A stretch of DNA of 56,418 nucleotides, counting the filler, from Platydemus manokwari (taxonomy: Eukaryota): the NCBI GenBank assembly GCA_037951405.1. It is 5 parts of 5 records of this genome, joined end to end, with 100 filler letters (N's around TTAATTAATTAA, not from the genome) between each part and the next. Parts side by side here need not be neighbours in the genome. Positions count along the whole stretch, not along the records: positions 19,281 to 28,976 come from JBBMOY011216322.1; positions 29,077 to 38,780 come from JBBMOY011214989.1; 3 more parts are not named here. The stretch is one strand, 5' to 3'. The translations under genes were made by a program, and so were the position numbers. Of this stretch, positions 24,044 to 38,880 are shown in pieces. Below the pieces are notes generated by a model. The model searched no databases and was not told the origin of the DNA. It saw only the letters and a list, made by a program, of their open reading frames with translations. The first letter of the stretch is position 1. Every line of letters starts with the position of its first letter.

Positions 24044-24742
24044 CAATGTTCTTCAAAGGGGAGAGTGCGACCCACCAGTGGGTCACGAAAATTTTTTCTG
24101 GGTTGGCGAGAAATTTCAAAGTTATTGTAAAGTAATTATAAGAAAATATACTTGAAATATGAGAAGTCTAATTTTAAATAATTTTTAATGCGATTATTCT
24201 TTTATTTTATTGATATTATTACAAGAAAAAATAGTTATTTTTTCTTGATACAGAAAACTGTTACATTACGAGAATGTTTTATTATTAATGAAAAGTGAAT
24301 CGTCTCTCATTTAAATCCCAAGAAATGTTTTAAGAACTCTCTAATGATTTGAGCATGAAAGTAAATTTTTCCAAATAAAATTTAACTTCCTTTTGGGCTA
24401 GTGTAAAAACAGAAAATCCGATATTATCAAAGGTAGCCATACTTTCCTTTATTGCTTTTATATCTACTTAATGATGTGAAAAATCATGACAATGACTTAT
24501 TTTAAGACAAAATGTCGACCGAATTATACAGAACCAGTCATCACTAAAATAGAGCAAAGATTTGATATTTTATGCCAAATTATGAATAATTGTTGATTTT
24601 ATAAAATATATTTTAATTTTTCGGTGTTAAGAAAATTTATTTATTAAAATTTACTCTAATGTGTTCATTTTAATCCCTCGGAATTGTGAAAAAACATGGA
24701 CTTGTAAAATGGATAGCAGCACTAAAAGTATGAAGACCTCTG
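24044..24742 (+). mobile_element. Internally deleted hAT (Charlie/Buster-type) DNA transposon retaining the transposase C-terminus
   Basis: Ends CAATGTTCTTCAAA and TATGAAGACCTCTG; subterminal palindrome GACCCACCAGTGGGTC. Internal remnant NLTSFWASVKTENPILSKVAILSFIAFIST**CE...MTYFKTKCR...ITKIEQRFDILC resembles the hAT dimerisation region (FW....EYP.L...A...L.PF.TTYLCE..FS.....KTK.R). Confidence 0.8.
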
Positions 24743-27700
24743 AGTTACAGACTATCTATTTATATTAGAGTTATAACAAACAATCTTCACAATTGCACGC
24801 TTCTTATGAATGACAGTTTTCGTTTTCCATTGTTGATTTCAAAAACAGGAAAGGAAAAGCCATAGATAATCAATTAATTAACAAACCTAAATATTTCATC
24901 AATCTCGTCACATCTTTCCCGTATCCGTGTTGCATATCTACAATTAATTAGTATTAATATCTATCCATCGTTAATAACTAATCAAATTATTTTTAATAAT
25001 ATATTATCAACTATTAAATAATAAAATAATGAATTTACTCGACACCATTGTAACAATGGAAATAAAAATATTGAGAGATAAATACGGTTCCATTTTAATA
25101 TGTTTTCATCAACTATAATGTTTTGACAAATAATATTTGTCATCTTATATAAATATTGAACCAATGATAATATTAGCAAGAACAATTTCCCATTTATATT
25201 TAGCGAATGATAATGATATTAATTTTTGATTTGTTATCCAATGAATTTTATTTTATTGAAGATTAAAATACCAATCAGTAATCAAATATCATATTAATTT
25301 ATATAAATTAATAAATCATCTATCAATCAGGATTACGCTGTAAACATAACTTACAAATTCAAAATATCTAAATATTAAGGAATTAAATGATTACCATGTC
25401 TTATTTCGATATAAGAGAAGAGATATTTGAGATGAAATTTTATAATTGTATTACATTTCAAGCCGAAACTTTTTTACATAATCATGTAACATCTCACCGA
25501 GATAAAACATAATTATAAATACCATTACGGAATAGTTCAGTAAACTCATTTTCATAAACATATTTTTATAAAATATAAATTCTAACATTTAAATGAGCTG
25601 GATCATTGTAACATTAAAAACTTTCGATATTTTAAAATATTTTTTAAAATAAAGCATTAGAAATTCTGAATACAATGTATAATAAGTTACCTAATATCGT
25701 AATTAAAACAAAGAATTGGAATATATTTAATCCTTTTGGGTATGTTCCCCCATAAAGTTCTGATCATTTCAGAGAGCTCAAACCTTCAGTGCGAATTCAA
25801 AAATTCTTTTAATTCACTGATTTATCCTGTTCTCTTATTAGATAACAATGATCTTTTGTCTGGCTCACTTAATCAATTTCATTACGCCCTCATCAGTTTC
25901 AATAGCAAAAGTTAATTACCTTTTAAAACTATTTGATCTTTCAAAATCAAAAAATGAGGATCTTTAAAAATGAAACCACTTTTATAAAATAGTTTCATCA
26001 TCACAATCTTTACAATAAAAATGGTCATCAGATCATCAGAAAGTAGGAAAGCCTCAATATAAATAGAATTGGAAAGTGATCATAGATGAATAACATGTTA
26101 TGAATTTTTTATATTAAGTGAAATTACTTTTATGTGACTGCAATTTCTGAAAATTTTGATGTTTTATGTAGATAATCACGATTTGCATGAACAAGTATTG
26201 CCGATAGAAACAAATATATTTTTCATAAAATCAATTTGTATTTGCATTATGTATTATCAAGTTAAAAAATAATAATATAAGAGACTATAATAAAGGGTAT
26301 TGTAATAAATAATCTAAGTACGAAAAACATTTTAAATAAATCTATTCGAACTTAAAATGACTTAGTTAATAAGGAGAGTGTTATCGAAATTTAAAATGTA
26401 GGCAAAATTGAAATGAATTATGTGGGAGAAATTATGAGAATTTTCCATGAAAATTTTACTAAAATAAAAAAGCAGTATTTATTGGAATCTATATATATAA
26501 TAGCAAAAAGTAAAATTAAAGTAAATATCATTTTAAACAAAACCTCTCATATTCAAATATATATAAACATGGGGAAGATTTGATATCAGTAATTTTGGCA
26601 GTTGACTATTGTTTTCGTAATGTACGTGTGGAAATTGAGACTTTGGCTGATTAACTAGTTAAGTTTGTTGAAATAGTTATGTTTACGAAAAGAGGATTAA
26701 GCAAGATTACTGTCTACTGTTCATGACTATTTTGTATGCTGTGATAAATTTGAGTAAAACATTTTTATATAATCTCTGCTCTTATTTTTCATTATGACTT
26801 TAAACAATTTCTGTTCATAAATTTATTGAAACCCAACCAATTATCGGTTCGAGTTGTTGTTTTAAAGGGTAATATATATCATTATATATGATCTTTGTAA
26901 ATATATCAACATATCAAACACAAACAACAGTTATTCCATTTCACTTTCTATTTTTATCAGTATGCGTACCCATTTGATTTATTCAATCTACATTTTCAAC
27001 ACCCGTTACCTCTTGTAAATCGAAAAATTACTCAATACAATATTATTAAATTATTATTTTGTAAAAGGGCTTGTAATCTTAACGGTTTCTGAAATTTCAT
27101 TGAATGCATTGAAACTATGTAAGAATAAATGTCGGTTATTTCAATCGAGAAATATGTTAATAATTGATGTCACAGAGGAGCGCTATGCTTTTTATTGATA
27201 AAATGATATTTTTGTTCTGAGCTTGTAACTAGAATTGAAGCTGTAATTCACAAAATGCCAATAACTTGTTTCATTTGATAATTTTATCTATCTGACGAAA
27301 TCATGTTGTGAAGAGATTTATAAAGTTTAAGACCAAAGCTTAATGAAACAAATTCAGAAAAATATAATCAATAAAATCTTCAAATAATTGACAAGATTAA
27401 CGTAATTCAGAGGAAAATTTCTAAAAGTTTTTACTAAATGTGATGATCAATTCTATAATTAAAAAATGTTAAATTGTAATAATTTTAGAAAATGTAAACA
27501 TTTCTTTTCAATGATAATTATCGAAGAGTGACAAGCAGTCGTTCTTTAGTACATATCAGTCAACGATCTCAGTTGTTGTCATTCTATATCTCTATTTACT
27601 TGGCATTTATAATTATAATTCTAGTTCTCAATCTATAATCATTTTGATATTAAACTAAAATTTATTAATACCAGCAGATATTCTCGTTAGAACTTTACCA

Positions 27701-28976
27701 AGTAACATTACATTTAATATAAATTTTTTTAATTTTAATTTATTTTTATATCATCAAACTTGCACTTTTCGAATTCTCAATTATACCGCATCCTTATTAT
27801 ATATTCGACTTATTTTATTTTCACAAATTAATTATGATTCCATACTCATTCTGGATGCGTTTTATCTAACATATTAGGCCTTTCAAATGTACCATTCTCG
27901 TATCGTATGTCTTGTAATATTGTTTTTGTGGTGGCTACCAGGTCTCATTGAATCGTACTTTTATATTCTCATTAGTTAATATCCACATCGATGCTTTGCA
28001 TTCATCAAAAGGATTTTATTTGTTTGACTAATATTATTATATGAAAGCAATATTGGATAATAATGTGATGCACGTGAAATTTAAATGAAATTGGACTGTG
28101 CTATTATGGAATATTTTAACGATTTAATCAATATATTTAAAATAACAGAAAAACCAGAAACTTTACCACGTGAACAATTCAAAAAATTTGATTGGGTCAT
28201 TATCAAAATGGTTTACTTATTCCATTGCAAATCACATGATTTTGGTGAGTCAGATTCATTTTCGATGGAGACCGTTACATCTTATCTAATATCACCAGGA
28301 ATTATTTAGTTTAGCAGTATGATTTTCGGAATCATGATTATTTAAGCTAGTAAGATGAGGAAGCACTTGCATATAGAAAATTATTTTTATTGAGAATCCT
28401 TCAATGATCAGGTAAGTGACTTGATTGTGACAAAGATAAAAACATAAAAATTCTCTATTGATTTGAATAAACCGACAGTTTCAATTTATTTCATTATTCA
28501 CCATCCAGTAAATCTAAAACAATCTTTCACAATTATTTTCTTAATAATTTTGTAATCGAGTCATCAATATCAATGGGTGCAACAATCGGAATGATGCAAT
28601 TTGCCATTCTATTGGATTTGAAAATAATAAATTATATTTTTACAACTACCAAATCAATCTTGGTTACCGATTGGAATACGTTTCTAGATTAATAGTCGAG
28701 TGTGGCATTGTATTTCAAGAGTAAGATGTGGTTATTATTAAAAGTCAACAAGTTGCAACAGATATTGATATCATATAATTCATAATATTTCTATCAATAT
28801 TATGTGCCAATCAAACATTTATTGTTATCACATTCACATTTCATTTTCTATACAATTATTTATTGGGTCTATAACTTAAAAACCGGAATTGTTTTGGAGC
28901 AATTGAGTGTTTATTAAAGAAAATCTTGTACAATTCTGTTATCCAAAGTAATGTCCATCGAAAGTTACAACATTTC

Positions 28977-29076
28977 NNNNNNNNNNNNNNNNNNNNNNNN
29001 NNNNNNNNNNNNNNNNNNNNTTAATTAATTAANNNNNNNNNNNNNNNNNNNNNNNNNNNNNNNNNNNNNNNNNNNN
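28977..29076. other. Assembly gap with artificial linker
   Basis: N44-TTAATTAATTAA-N44. Confidence 0.97.
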
Positions 29077-30729
29077 GGATTTATTATTTTAAAAATATTT
29101 AAACCGAATTATAATTTATATTACTGTTTAATACTTGTATTATGTTTACAACAATCGATATAATTTCATAGAATTTATTTTCGAAACCTATTATTTGAGA
29201 TTCAATATTCCTATATGATAATAGACTTTATTTACAATCAAGATATCCATTAAGACCATTTTTTGTTTTAATAAATCGTTAGTATTCATTAAAACAAAAA
29301 CATTTCAATTTATCTCCTGGTTCATTTGAATTTTTTTATTGAACAAATTTATTTCTGCTTTTACTAACCAGTCATTGTTGGTAGAATTGTTTCCAAGAAT
29401 TTCCATTGATTTTGAACATTTTTCATGTTTATCGATTATTAAAATAACCATACACAGAACATTAGTTATTATATTATTAATAATAATAACTGTCACGATA
29501 TAATTATCATTAATATTTATTATAATAATATCAAAATAATGATAATCCTAGATGAATGTTATTATTATCCAATGATATCATAATATTTTTCGCTGAAATC
29601 ATCTCCACTGATTATCTGTAATAATTGCAATGTATTGAATTATCTTTGCTTGATAATATTATTAAACAATTATTAACTCGCATCATTGGTTTGTTATAAA
29701 AACCAAAATTATATATTGTAAGAAGATATTTTTATATATAAAGAATTTCTCATAGAAATATCAATGATAAATATAAATTCTACTGGAATATATTACACCA
29801 GTCGGCTTATGTAATGAATTTTTTTAATAATGTCAGCAAATTTCCTAATCTGTCGCCACTGGGTATGACATTAAATTAGTTTTTTTATACTGAAATTAGC
29901 TTTTCCATATCAAGATCAAAATTTATTATTTTATCAAATATTAAATATCAAGCTATTGAACAGCAAAAAAAATTGTTTTCTTCTTTTATCTCTCTCTCGG
30001 GTCTATTTAAGCTGTAGAACTTCACAGGAAGCTCAGATTTTTTTGTGAATTGAAAACACACAAGACAATTTTTTAATGGAAAACTAACAACTGTGATATT
30101 ATAATTAATTATATATATATATTTATATATTGAAATTTATATCAGCCAAGTGATGAGAGTTTTTCAATGAAATTGTCGATAATTTGTTTTTTCATCATAG
30201 ATGTAAATTTTGAATTTATTTATTGAAGTTTTTTGAACATATTTTTGTCTGATTTGAAATATATTTACATTTATTTACAACAATTGCGAACAATTTTTCA
30301 GCAATCTCATTGATTTATTGGGGTTTCGATATTTTACATTGATATCGAATTATTTTGTCATATTTATCAATCATCAATGTTTTTGTTTGTGAATAATTCA
30401 ATATGATTTCAATGATTATTAATAGATTTTTATGATTATCGATTAGATTGGGATAATTCTTTGATTTCATAAAAATACTTCTTTATTGTGTAATATTTTA
30501 TGTTGAAAATTGACAAATTTGATTTTATATTTATATCAGTATTTTTAAATGTCAATAAGGTACAATAATTTATAAAATAATATTTATAATTTTAGATTAT
30601 ATATAGTAACAATTATTATTAATATTTCTATAAATAATATTCCATTTAGTTCAAATATTATTATTACTGTTATTATTTATTATTATTATAAACAGTGATG
30701 TACTTTTGATGAAGGGTGAATCGCTTAAA

Positions 30730-30855
30730 CTATCTATCTATTCTATCTATTCTATCTAACTATCCATCTATCTAACTATCCATCTATCTAACTATCCATC
30801 TATCTAACTATCCATCTATCTAACTACATATCTATCTAACTATCTGTCTATCTAT
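30730..30855. repeat. Compound (CTAT)n microsatellite with a 16-bp higher-order unit TCTAACTATCCATCTA
   Basis: About four near-perfect 16-mer copies flanked by degenerate TCTA repeats. Confidence 0.92.
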
Positions 30856-33800
30856 CCATCTAATTATCTAACTATGTAAGGTGTATGAATTGAATTAAAG
30901 TAATTTCGTATTTGACCGGTTAGTCTTGTAAACATGTGCTATTTGTTGGTTTTTTCAAGAGGTTTAGTTTTCCAGCAAATTTTAGACTTTTGTTGAATTA
31001 TATTCATTAATTCTGACTTGTCAACATTGTCAGTGAAAAGAGTGGAAAATTTCCCACAACAGACTAAAGTAAGAATATGTACTGTAGGTGGTGTTATTAT
31101 TTAATACGATTTCTTTAATACCTAAAAATAAGAAAATATATTGGAAAAAATATTTATTTCAAAAGATATTAGAAATAGTTCGATCAGCTTGTCATTAGGA
31201 TGTTGTAATTATCATTGATCGTCGTGTATTATTATATTTTATTTTATTATAATTATGAATTATGATCTTTTAATAAACATCTTTCTGTCCTCATCAATAT
31301 ACTGTTTGTGTTATTATGTTCGGAGAGACGCAACTGATATGGGACTGAAATACAATAGCAATCAATATTCACAACCCACCGGTACGTTAAAATGATTTCA
31401 AATTTGATTCTAATTTACCTGTGAACGAATTGTTAAATTATGAATGCCAATACTGATAAATTATAAAACGGTTTATTTCGGTGGGTTTCTTGATGGGATT
31501 GTCAATGAGTCAATCAGCAAATCCTAATAAATCTTACAATTACATTTACCAATATTAATATATTAGTAACAGTGTTATTAATTGAAAATTTTATTAACAG
31601 ATACCTCAGATCAGTGCTCATATTCATCTCCATTATCAAATCCAGATCATAGTTCATATTCTATTAGCATTGTTGAACTGCTTTGTCAAATAATACCTCA
31701 ATGTTGGTGTTCGTCACCAGATTCCAGATTGACCAGTCTCAAAATCAAGAAGTATATATCTGAGCTTCAGGAAACATTGTTAACGAATTCTGAAGATGTT
31801 TAACTATCCTGATTATTATATTTTCCCTTTCCGAGAGTGTTATAATCATAGAGACAATAAATGTGATCAATAAGGAACTTGTATATGTGTATGTGAATTG
31901 CGATTCTGACATAGCTGGTTTACAGTTCTCTTTTTTGTAATAATCACTTCATCTTGTCAACATTGTTTTTTTTCTGTTAATATGATTGTATGATTGAGTA
32001 ATTTGATCTGATCTCCTTTTTGCAATGAAATATGGCTCAGTTCTGTCTATCATAATTTGCCTAGCAACAGTTTTTAGAAACTATTTCATGGAAATTGTAA
32101 GTAATTCGCTTGGTTTCCTAGTTTCTCTGTATATATGTTTCTCTGTATATTTTTATCTTTTCTGCGATTAACTTTGGAATTATGTTTCATTGTTAAGATT
32201 TAGCTATGATATTCCTTGTTAAAAATTTAATAATAAGCTCCTTTTTATTATTTGTTGTTTCTATCAGTTTTTGATTGCTTGTCAAGTGCATTTGAGATGT
32301 GTAATCAGAGATCATTTCATCAACCATAAAAACGTGACGTACAATATTGTAATCAATAACGAGAAGCCTTAGATCGTCTTTGTTCGTGTGACGTCTGCAT
32401 CACACGATTTATGAATTCGATCTATGAAAATCATTGAATGATTGCACCACAAATTAGTTTTCAAAGTTATAGCTATGCACTGGAGAGAGGTCACAGCGAT
32501 ATAAAAGAAGTCGGCCTTATGTATATATTGATTACATATTTATGTAAGAAGGCGGTCTAAATGACAGATGTGATTTGTTACATAAAAGCAAATATTTACT
32601 GAATATTGCAATACTAGACCAAACTTGTGATTAATTTGGTACGGATTATGTCTGTAACGTATTATTATTGACAAATAATTGGGAGGTGTTATAACTGGTA
32701 TTATTATTTTGACCATTTGAATAGCTATTTGATTATGCTTTCTAATAACTTATTTTCTTACTCTATTGTCTATTCAGGTGTTATGTTTTATCTTTCGGAA
32801 TAACAAACTCTGTTACTTAGTGTTAAGGTTTTAATTAACTTATTTCTTACTTGATATTGAAATCCAACCGATCTATTTGAAAGCTTATCTCATTTTAAGA
32901 ATTTGGTTCCACTAGAAAATTATTCTCGATAACTGCAAAACTGGTTCTCGAACCCATTTTATAAAAAGAAGTGTTATTTCATAGAAATTATGGCGTTATC
33001 TATCATAATAAATGCGCATTTCATAACTAAGAATTATCATCTTTAATAATTTATTAAATGTAAATAATTTTAACATTCGAAAAAATTCTCGTGATCCTCA
33101 TACAAGAAATCCTTCAAAAGTTTGACAGCTTTTTGTTGCTGGTCTATTTTTAGCGACAAATGAAGGAATGAGAAACAATTTAATGTGTATGTATCAATAG
33201 GCATGCATAAAAATTGATATTTCTATTGAATATCACTGAACTTTATTTTGATGTCATTATTTCAACTATTTCTATAATTTTATAACAATATGATCGGAGT
33301 AATATTTAATGTATTTCGGTATATTGGTCAAGAATAGAATAATTCCGTATTAAGTTGATCAAAGTAGTTCAAATCAGACTCCACACATAAATCATTAGGT
33401 AAACCAATGACTCTATCTATTATCTAAACCCTTAGTTTTTCCCAGAAATTAACTTTATCATTTCGGTCATATAATATATAATATACTATCTATATATCAT
33501 GACTGCTCTTTGTATCAACAAAGCGCGAAACCAGTAATTTACCTTCATGTTAATGAATTTCTACTTTGATTCGTAGGTCTGACACATCAAACTATAAAGC
33601 CAGTGTAATTATGGTGCCATATTCAAACGAAGTAATTGTTATTCGGATTTGGTAAATACTGGTCTGTGAAATACCAGATACGGTAGTATTCAATAAACAT
33701 ATAAATATGAAATAAACACATGTATTTTTTTAAAAAAATTGTAAGAGCAAATTTCAACGCGTTCCTATTGGGATTTGTCTTAGAATTGTAGTTGTACTTT

Positions 33801-36800
33801 TTCTAGAAAGCCTATATTAAACCCAAAAATTTGAAAATAGGATTACAAAATTTCAGTACATGTAAAACAAGGAAATATAAACAAATCACGAAGCCATCAT
33901 CACTATCAAGAAATGTTGCCGATATTAGAACAAAGACTGTTTGAGAAATAGAAACAAGTAAAAGCCAGTATGTGAGGAACCATCTGAGTCATTTGAGCAA
34001 CTAAATATTCACAAAGAATTTTGAAATAAAAACAAAATTAAAAATTTTCAGCAAAAATATATACATTATTTTTAAAACTTGTTTAATAGCATTAATTATT
34101 TTCCTGACCTCAATATTATACATAAATTCTAGCCCAAATCTAATAATAGAAGTCATGTCATGACCAAAAATAGAATAACAACTAAAAATAACTACGTTGA
34201 CTAAAAATAGTAACTCATACATAGTAACTCAAAAATAGTAACACATGATATTAAGTATAGAATGTTATTAAAAATAGCACCATGACACATAAAACACACA
34301 CAAATGACATAAATTTACGCAGTATATAAACTAGTGACACTTGTTTTTCGAGCACAATATTACGAGTACACAAAGCTTATATTACATATCTAAACGTACA
34401 ACATTAGTTGGGAATTTATTCGGACGAATCTTATCTTTATTCCTCATTCGTCTTCAGTGTGAATTGTAATTAGATAATAACTGTTATAATGCGTAATTTT
34501 TTCTTAATGTCGTAATAATGAATTCGTGCAATTTTTGTATTTATCCAATAAATTTAAATACATATAAAGGAACTCCTGATGATGAGTTATAAGCATAATG
34601 TAACCGGCTCTCGTTTGTTTGATGATACCGGTGGTAATGTTATCAATAGAATACAGTAGATTGATAATTCTGTTATTTGTCGTACAGTTTTAAGTCATTA
34701 AAATCGATAGTCGTACTTATTTTGTTTTGTCTTATCTTGATTATATTCGTATTTTATTTTTATTTTGTTTCATTTCATATTTAACTATTTTATTGATTCA
34801 CTCACAACACCGTTCTATCCGATGGATGTATGATTTGCTACACTATCTAACATTCTCATATCGTCAATTCTGTTGGGTACAGAAATATCCTAAAATAATA
34901 ATATAAAATGATTTTCAAAAAATCCATGACGCTCCTAAAAATATAAAATATAAATGTAAATATAAATATAATTTATTAAATTTTAAAATAGAAATAATAA
35001 TTTAATAATTATAAAAATAGAATGATAAAGGCTTAGGATGCCAAACTTGTCATAAAGAAAATATAAAAAGTTAAAAAGCGGATAGGTCAAAAAGAGAAAA
35101 ATAATACCATTTAAAATAACTAGATGACGCATAATTAAGCCTAAAGTTTTACGTGTAAAACAGTCACAGTTTATCGTGATAAATAACCCCATAGAACTAT
35201 CCCTCAAAAATTCCACGTGAAATCTACTTGAGACGAAGAAAATTATTCTTATTAATTACCCATAAATTATTGACGTAATTCTCAATACGTAGATTATTGA
35301 TTTATTGTTTGCACCAGGAAGATCGTCCTACAAGAAAATAGCAAGAACTGAAACGAAAGGAAATAATTCTATCAGCAACTCGATAAAAGTAAATTTTAAT
35401 CTTTGATAAATTTTTGTAATTCGCAATGTCTTTGACAATTATAACCATTGCTTTTACCACTATTTAATAAAACGTTATTTTATTTAAATCTCTGAACTGC
35501 TCTCTGTATAGTTGAGAGACTATTAGGTTCCAACTATCTTCAAATCACACAGAGAACCTTGCAGATCCTCGCACAAGGGACATCTAAATTCGTACAAACC
35601 AGCAATAATTACTAATTAATAAACATTATAACTAATTTCTCCTGGTCATTTGTCATTCTAATAATTAGCTATTGTATTTTACATTTGTAATTACAATTTT
35701 GATTTAGATCAATTATATATATATTCTTATTTATTTTATTGATTTATATTTAAATTATTTCTGTCATTTTTAAATGTGACTTCGGAGTCAGCCATATATT
35801 GCGAGCTTATAAAACCTTCTGATTCAGACAGAACCAAGCAATTCATTCAAATTAAAGCTAAATATATTGTTAAGGTTTGAAGGTTTCTAGTGTCTTTACG
35901 ATAGATTTAAGAATCTCAAAGAGGTACTTATAAATTAATTAGTTGTTACGATTTATAATTTATTGATGAAATACAATCACTATCTATATAGATCACGTAT
36001 CTGACTCCAATAAGTGCAGGTAATTTAGTAACGATAACACATTAAAGTATAAATAAAATGAGGAAATAACTGGTAGATATTAATATTAAATTGTTTTTAA
36101 TAAAAAATCGATAATAAATATAATCAATTACAATAGATAATAATAATCGATGATTAATAATTTACAAATAACCAGGATTGATTGAATGTCTAATGTTCTC
36201 CAAGGAAATTTAAGAAACAGTTCCAATATGATTGAGGATAAAAATTGCGACTTGAAAAACACGATATTTATTTAATATAAATAAAAACATTTTCAAGTAG
36301 ATATGTGACCATGAATTTATTGGCAAAATAGAACGCGTTAATTGTAATTAATTGAATACTCGAAAACTTGACACATTATCTTTACAAGAAATGAGTTAAT
36401 TGCATTATATCAATATTGGCATTGACTTAAGCGAGCAATATCGAAAATATTGTGGACAGAAACATTGAAGCTAATGAAATTAACTGTCGTGCTAACTTTA
36501 GGACGCTAGTATAAACATTTTAAAAAGTAGTCCTAGCACTATTAAAGATTTAATATAAGCTGGATCGGAATAACAGAGCAATATAAGAAAATCAATAATT
36601 TATAAATTGATCTGACTCCAAATAAAATAATAAATTGTTGGGCTTACTAGGATTACAGATTTGATATAAGATGGATCAGAATAAATTGAAAATTTATGTG
36701 CTAACTGGTAATTTGTAAATCATAAACATTTTAAAATAGACATCGATATAATCAAAGTTATTATAATTATGAATCAATAATATGAAAAGTTAAAGTGTAA

Positions 36801-38780
36801 ATCAATAATAAGATAAATTTATTCATTGAAATAATGATGACTGATTGAGTAGTAAAAACAAATTCTACAAAGCAATTTATTCTTGTATCAAGGTTTTGTT
36901 TTAAGTTTTCCTGAATTTTTGTTATTAGCATAGACCAATGAAAACAACCTTACTGTGTTATTTGAAAATGTTTTCTTGTTCCAAACTGAACGTCGTTTGA
37001 AAAATTCATTCCCATGCCAGAATCCCGAAACTCGGTATCAATTTACTTTTTATATTTAACTCACTATTAAAATAGTTACGAAATGAATTCATGCGAATAA
37101 AATGAAAATAATATTAGATCGCTGAGTAGTACGAAAAAGACTTACTTGAGGTTTAAATATATATATATATATATATACTTTTCAATTTACTATGACCACC
37201 ACCATAACTTCATTCTATCTCATATTTATTTGAAAGTAAAATATCAGTCTTAAAAGTCAAGATTCAGAAATCAAAACATATGAAGTGGCGATTACAGAGT
37301 TTAATTATTTAGAACGGATATAGTGTAATTATATTTATTAGGAAATTTATCGCTGGTGGAACTAATAAACACATTCAAGATTTTATTATACTAAAGATAC
37401 AACAAACAATCGGTAACTTATTTTATCACATGAGATTTTTATTCTAAAATCTATCAACAATTTTCATAATACGTGGTTTGATATTTTGAGACACTTTATC
37501 GATAATAAGAATTATTGATGCTGCAAGAATTATGTAGGCATTCAATTACAAGTTGGTGTGTGTTGATTCTGATTATCTCATCAATGTTTCTTTCAAATTC
37601 GCAGTGAATAATCTGTGGTTGGTAGCATAATTAGTAAGATGTTAGTATTGCCTTCTCGGCGCAAACTTCAAAACCGAGCGGTACTTTTCATTTCCAATAT
37701 CAAACAAATGTCTTAATTAATTCATCAAACGACAAAAATAATGATTTGTACTGGTTCGTCAATTCACTACCAACAACATTCACTTGCTACCAACGCAAGA
37801 AACTCAATACCACAATTTTTAGTGAGGGTGTTAAAAGGTGATTTGTTATGTTGTAATTACCGTTTTATTGGGGGAAGGGGGTTAAATACCGCGGTTGATA
37901 AACATTTCTCAAGTTTTGATTTGTTTTCACCGTGTATCATGTTTACTTGGCTGCTAATGGATTTGACAGTGAAAGATTGTAGGTAAAATCTTATGGTTCT
38001 ATTTGGATCACAATGGATTTATTAAAGATGAATTTAGTTTAAATAAAAATAATAAAAGAAAAATAAAAATGTAATAATAACTCATGTAATTTAATTAAAA
38101 TGGAAAAATTAATTCTATCTACTGTTGAAATATATTTGTAGAGGATTATCTTGGAAAAAGGTTTTTCACCTTGCTATGATTTTTATTAAAATAAACATTT
38201 CATTTCTACAATTGCTTATTAAAACTTTTTAAAAATATTAGAGATTTTATTATTTCATTTTTAATCAAAAAAACCAAATTTTAAATATTTTTATAATAAT
38301 ACAATACTTGTTAATTTATTAAGACTTTGATCAAAGTCTATAATTATAACCGAAATAATAAGTATGTGAAACTTATGATCCTGAATTTTGATTAATTTAT
38401 TTATTTTGTTTTTTTTAATATTATCCTCCCAATCAATTTTTTCTTAAACACTTCGAAATTAATTAATTAGAGTATTTATTATATTCTTGGAACTTTAGCT
38501 GGCAATTAAAATGCATACAATTAAATTTAATAAAGTATCATTCTATTATTACAATGACCGATAAAATCTGAATAATTTCATAAAATATATATTTGACTAA
38601 GGATGTTCATACTTCAGTATTAATATACAATTCTACTTAAATATTTTAGATGTCAATTACGTACTAATATTTGACCCGAATGCTTAAATGTTCGGGCTGA
38701 GGTTAATTACTCTGTGAAATGATAATCACGTTATGATATTTAGATAAAGAAATTCAATAATATAATAATAATAATAATAA

Positions 38781-38880
38781 NNNNNNNNNNNNNNNNNNNN
38801 NNNNNNNNNNNNNNNNNNNNNNNNTTAATTAATTAANNNNNNNNNNNNNNNNNNNNNNNNNNNNNNNNNNNNNNNNNNNN
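38781..38880. other. Assembly gap with artificial linker
   Basis: N44-TTAATTAATTAA-N44, preceded by (AAT)n. Confidence 0.97.

Noticed and set aside
24888-24940. Isolated minus-strand micro-exon candidate (YATRIRERCDEIDEIFR)
   Set aside because: No flanking exons or domain match found.
30730-30855. Possible CRISPR-like or telomeric array
   Set aside because: No spacers and not TTAGGG; a simple CTAT-derived satellite.
37615-37685. Weak tRNA-Gly/SINE-like segment with A-box-like and B-box-like words
   Set aside because: It cannot be folded into a cloverleaf and the B box is poor.
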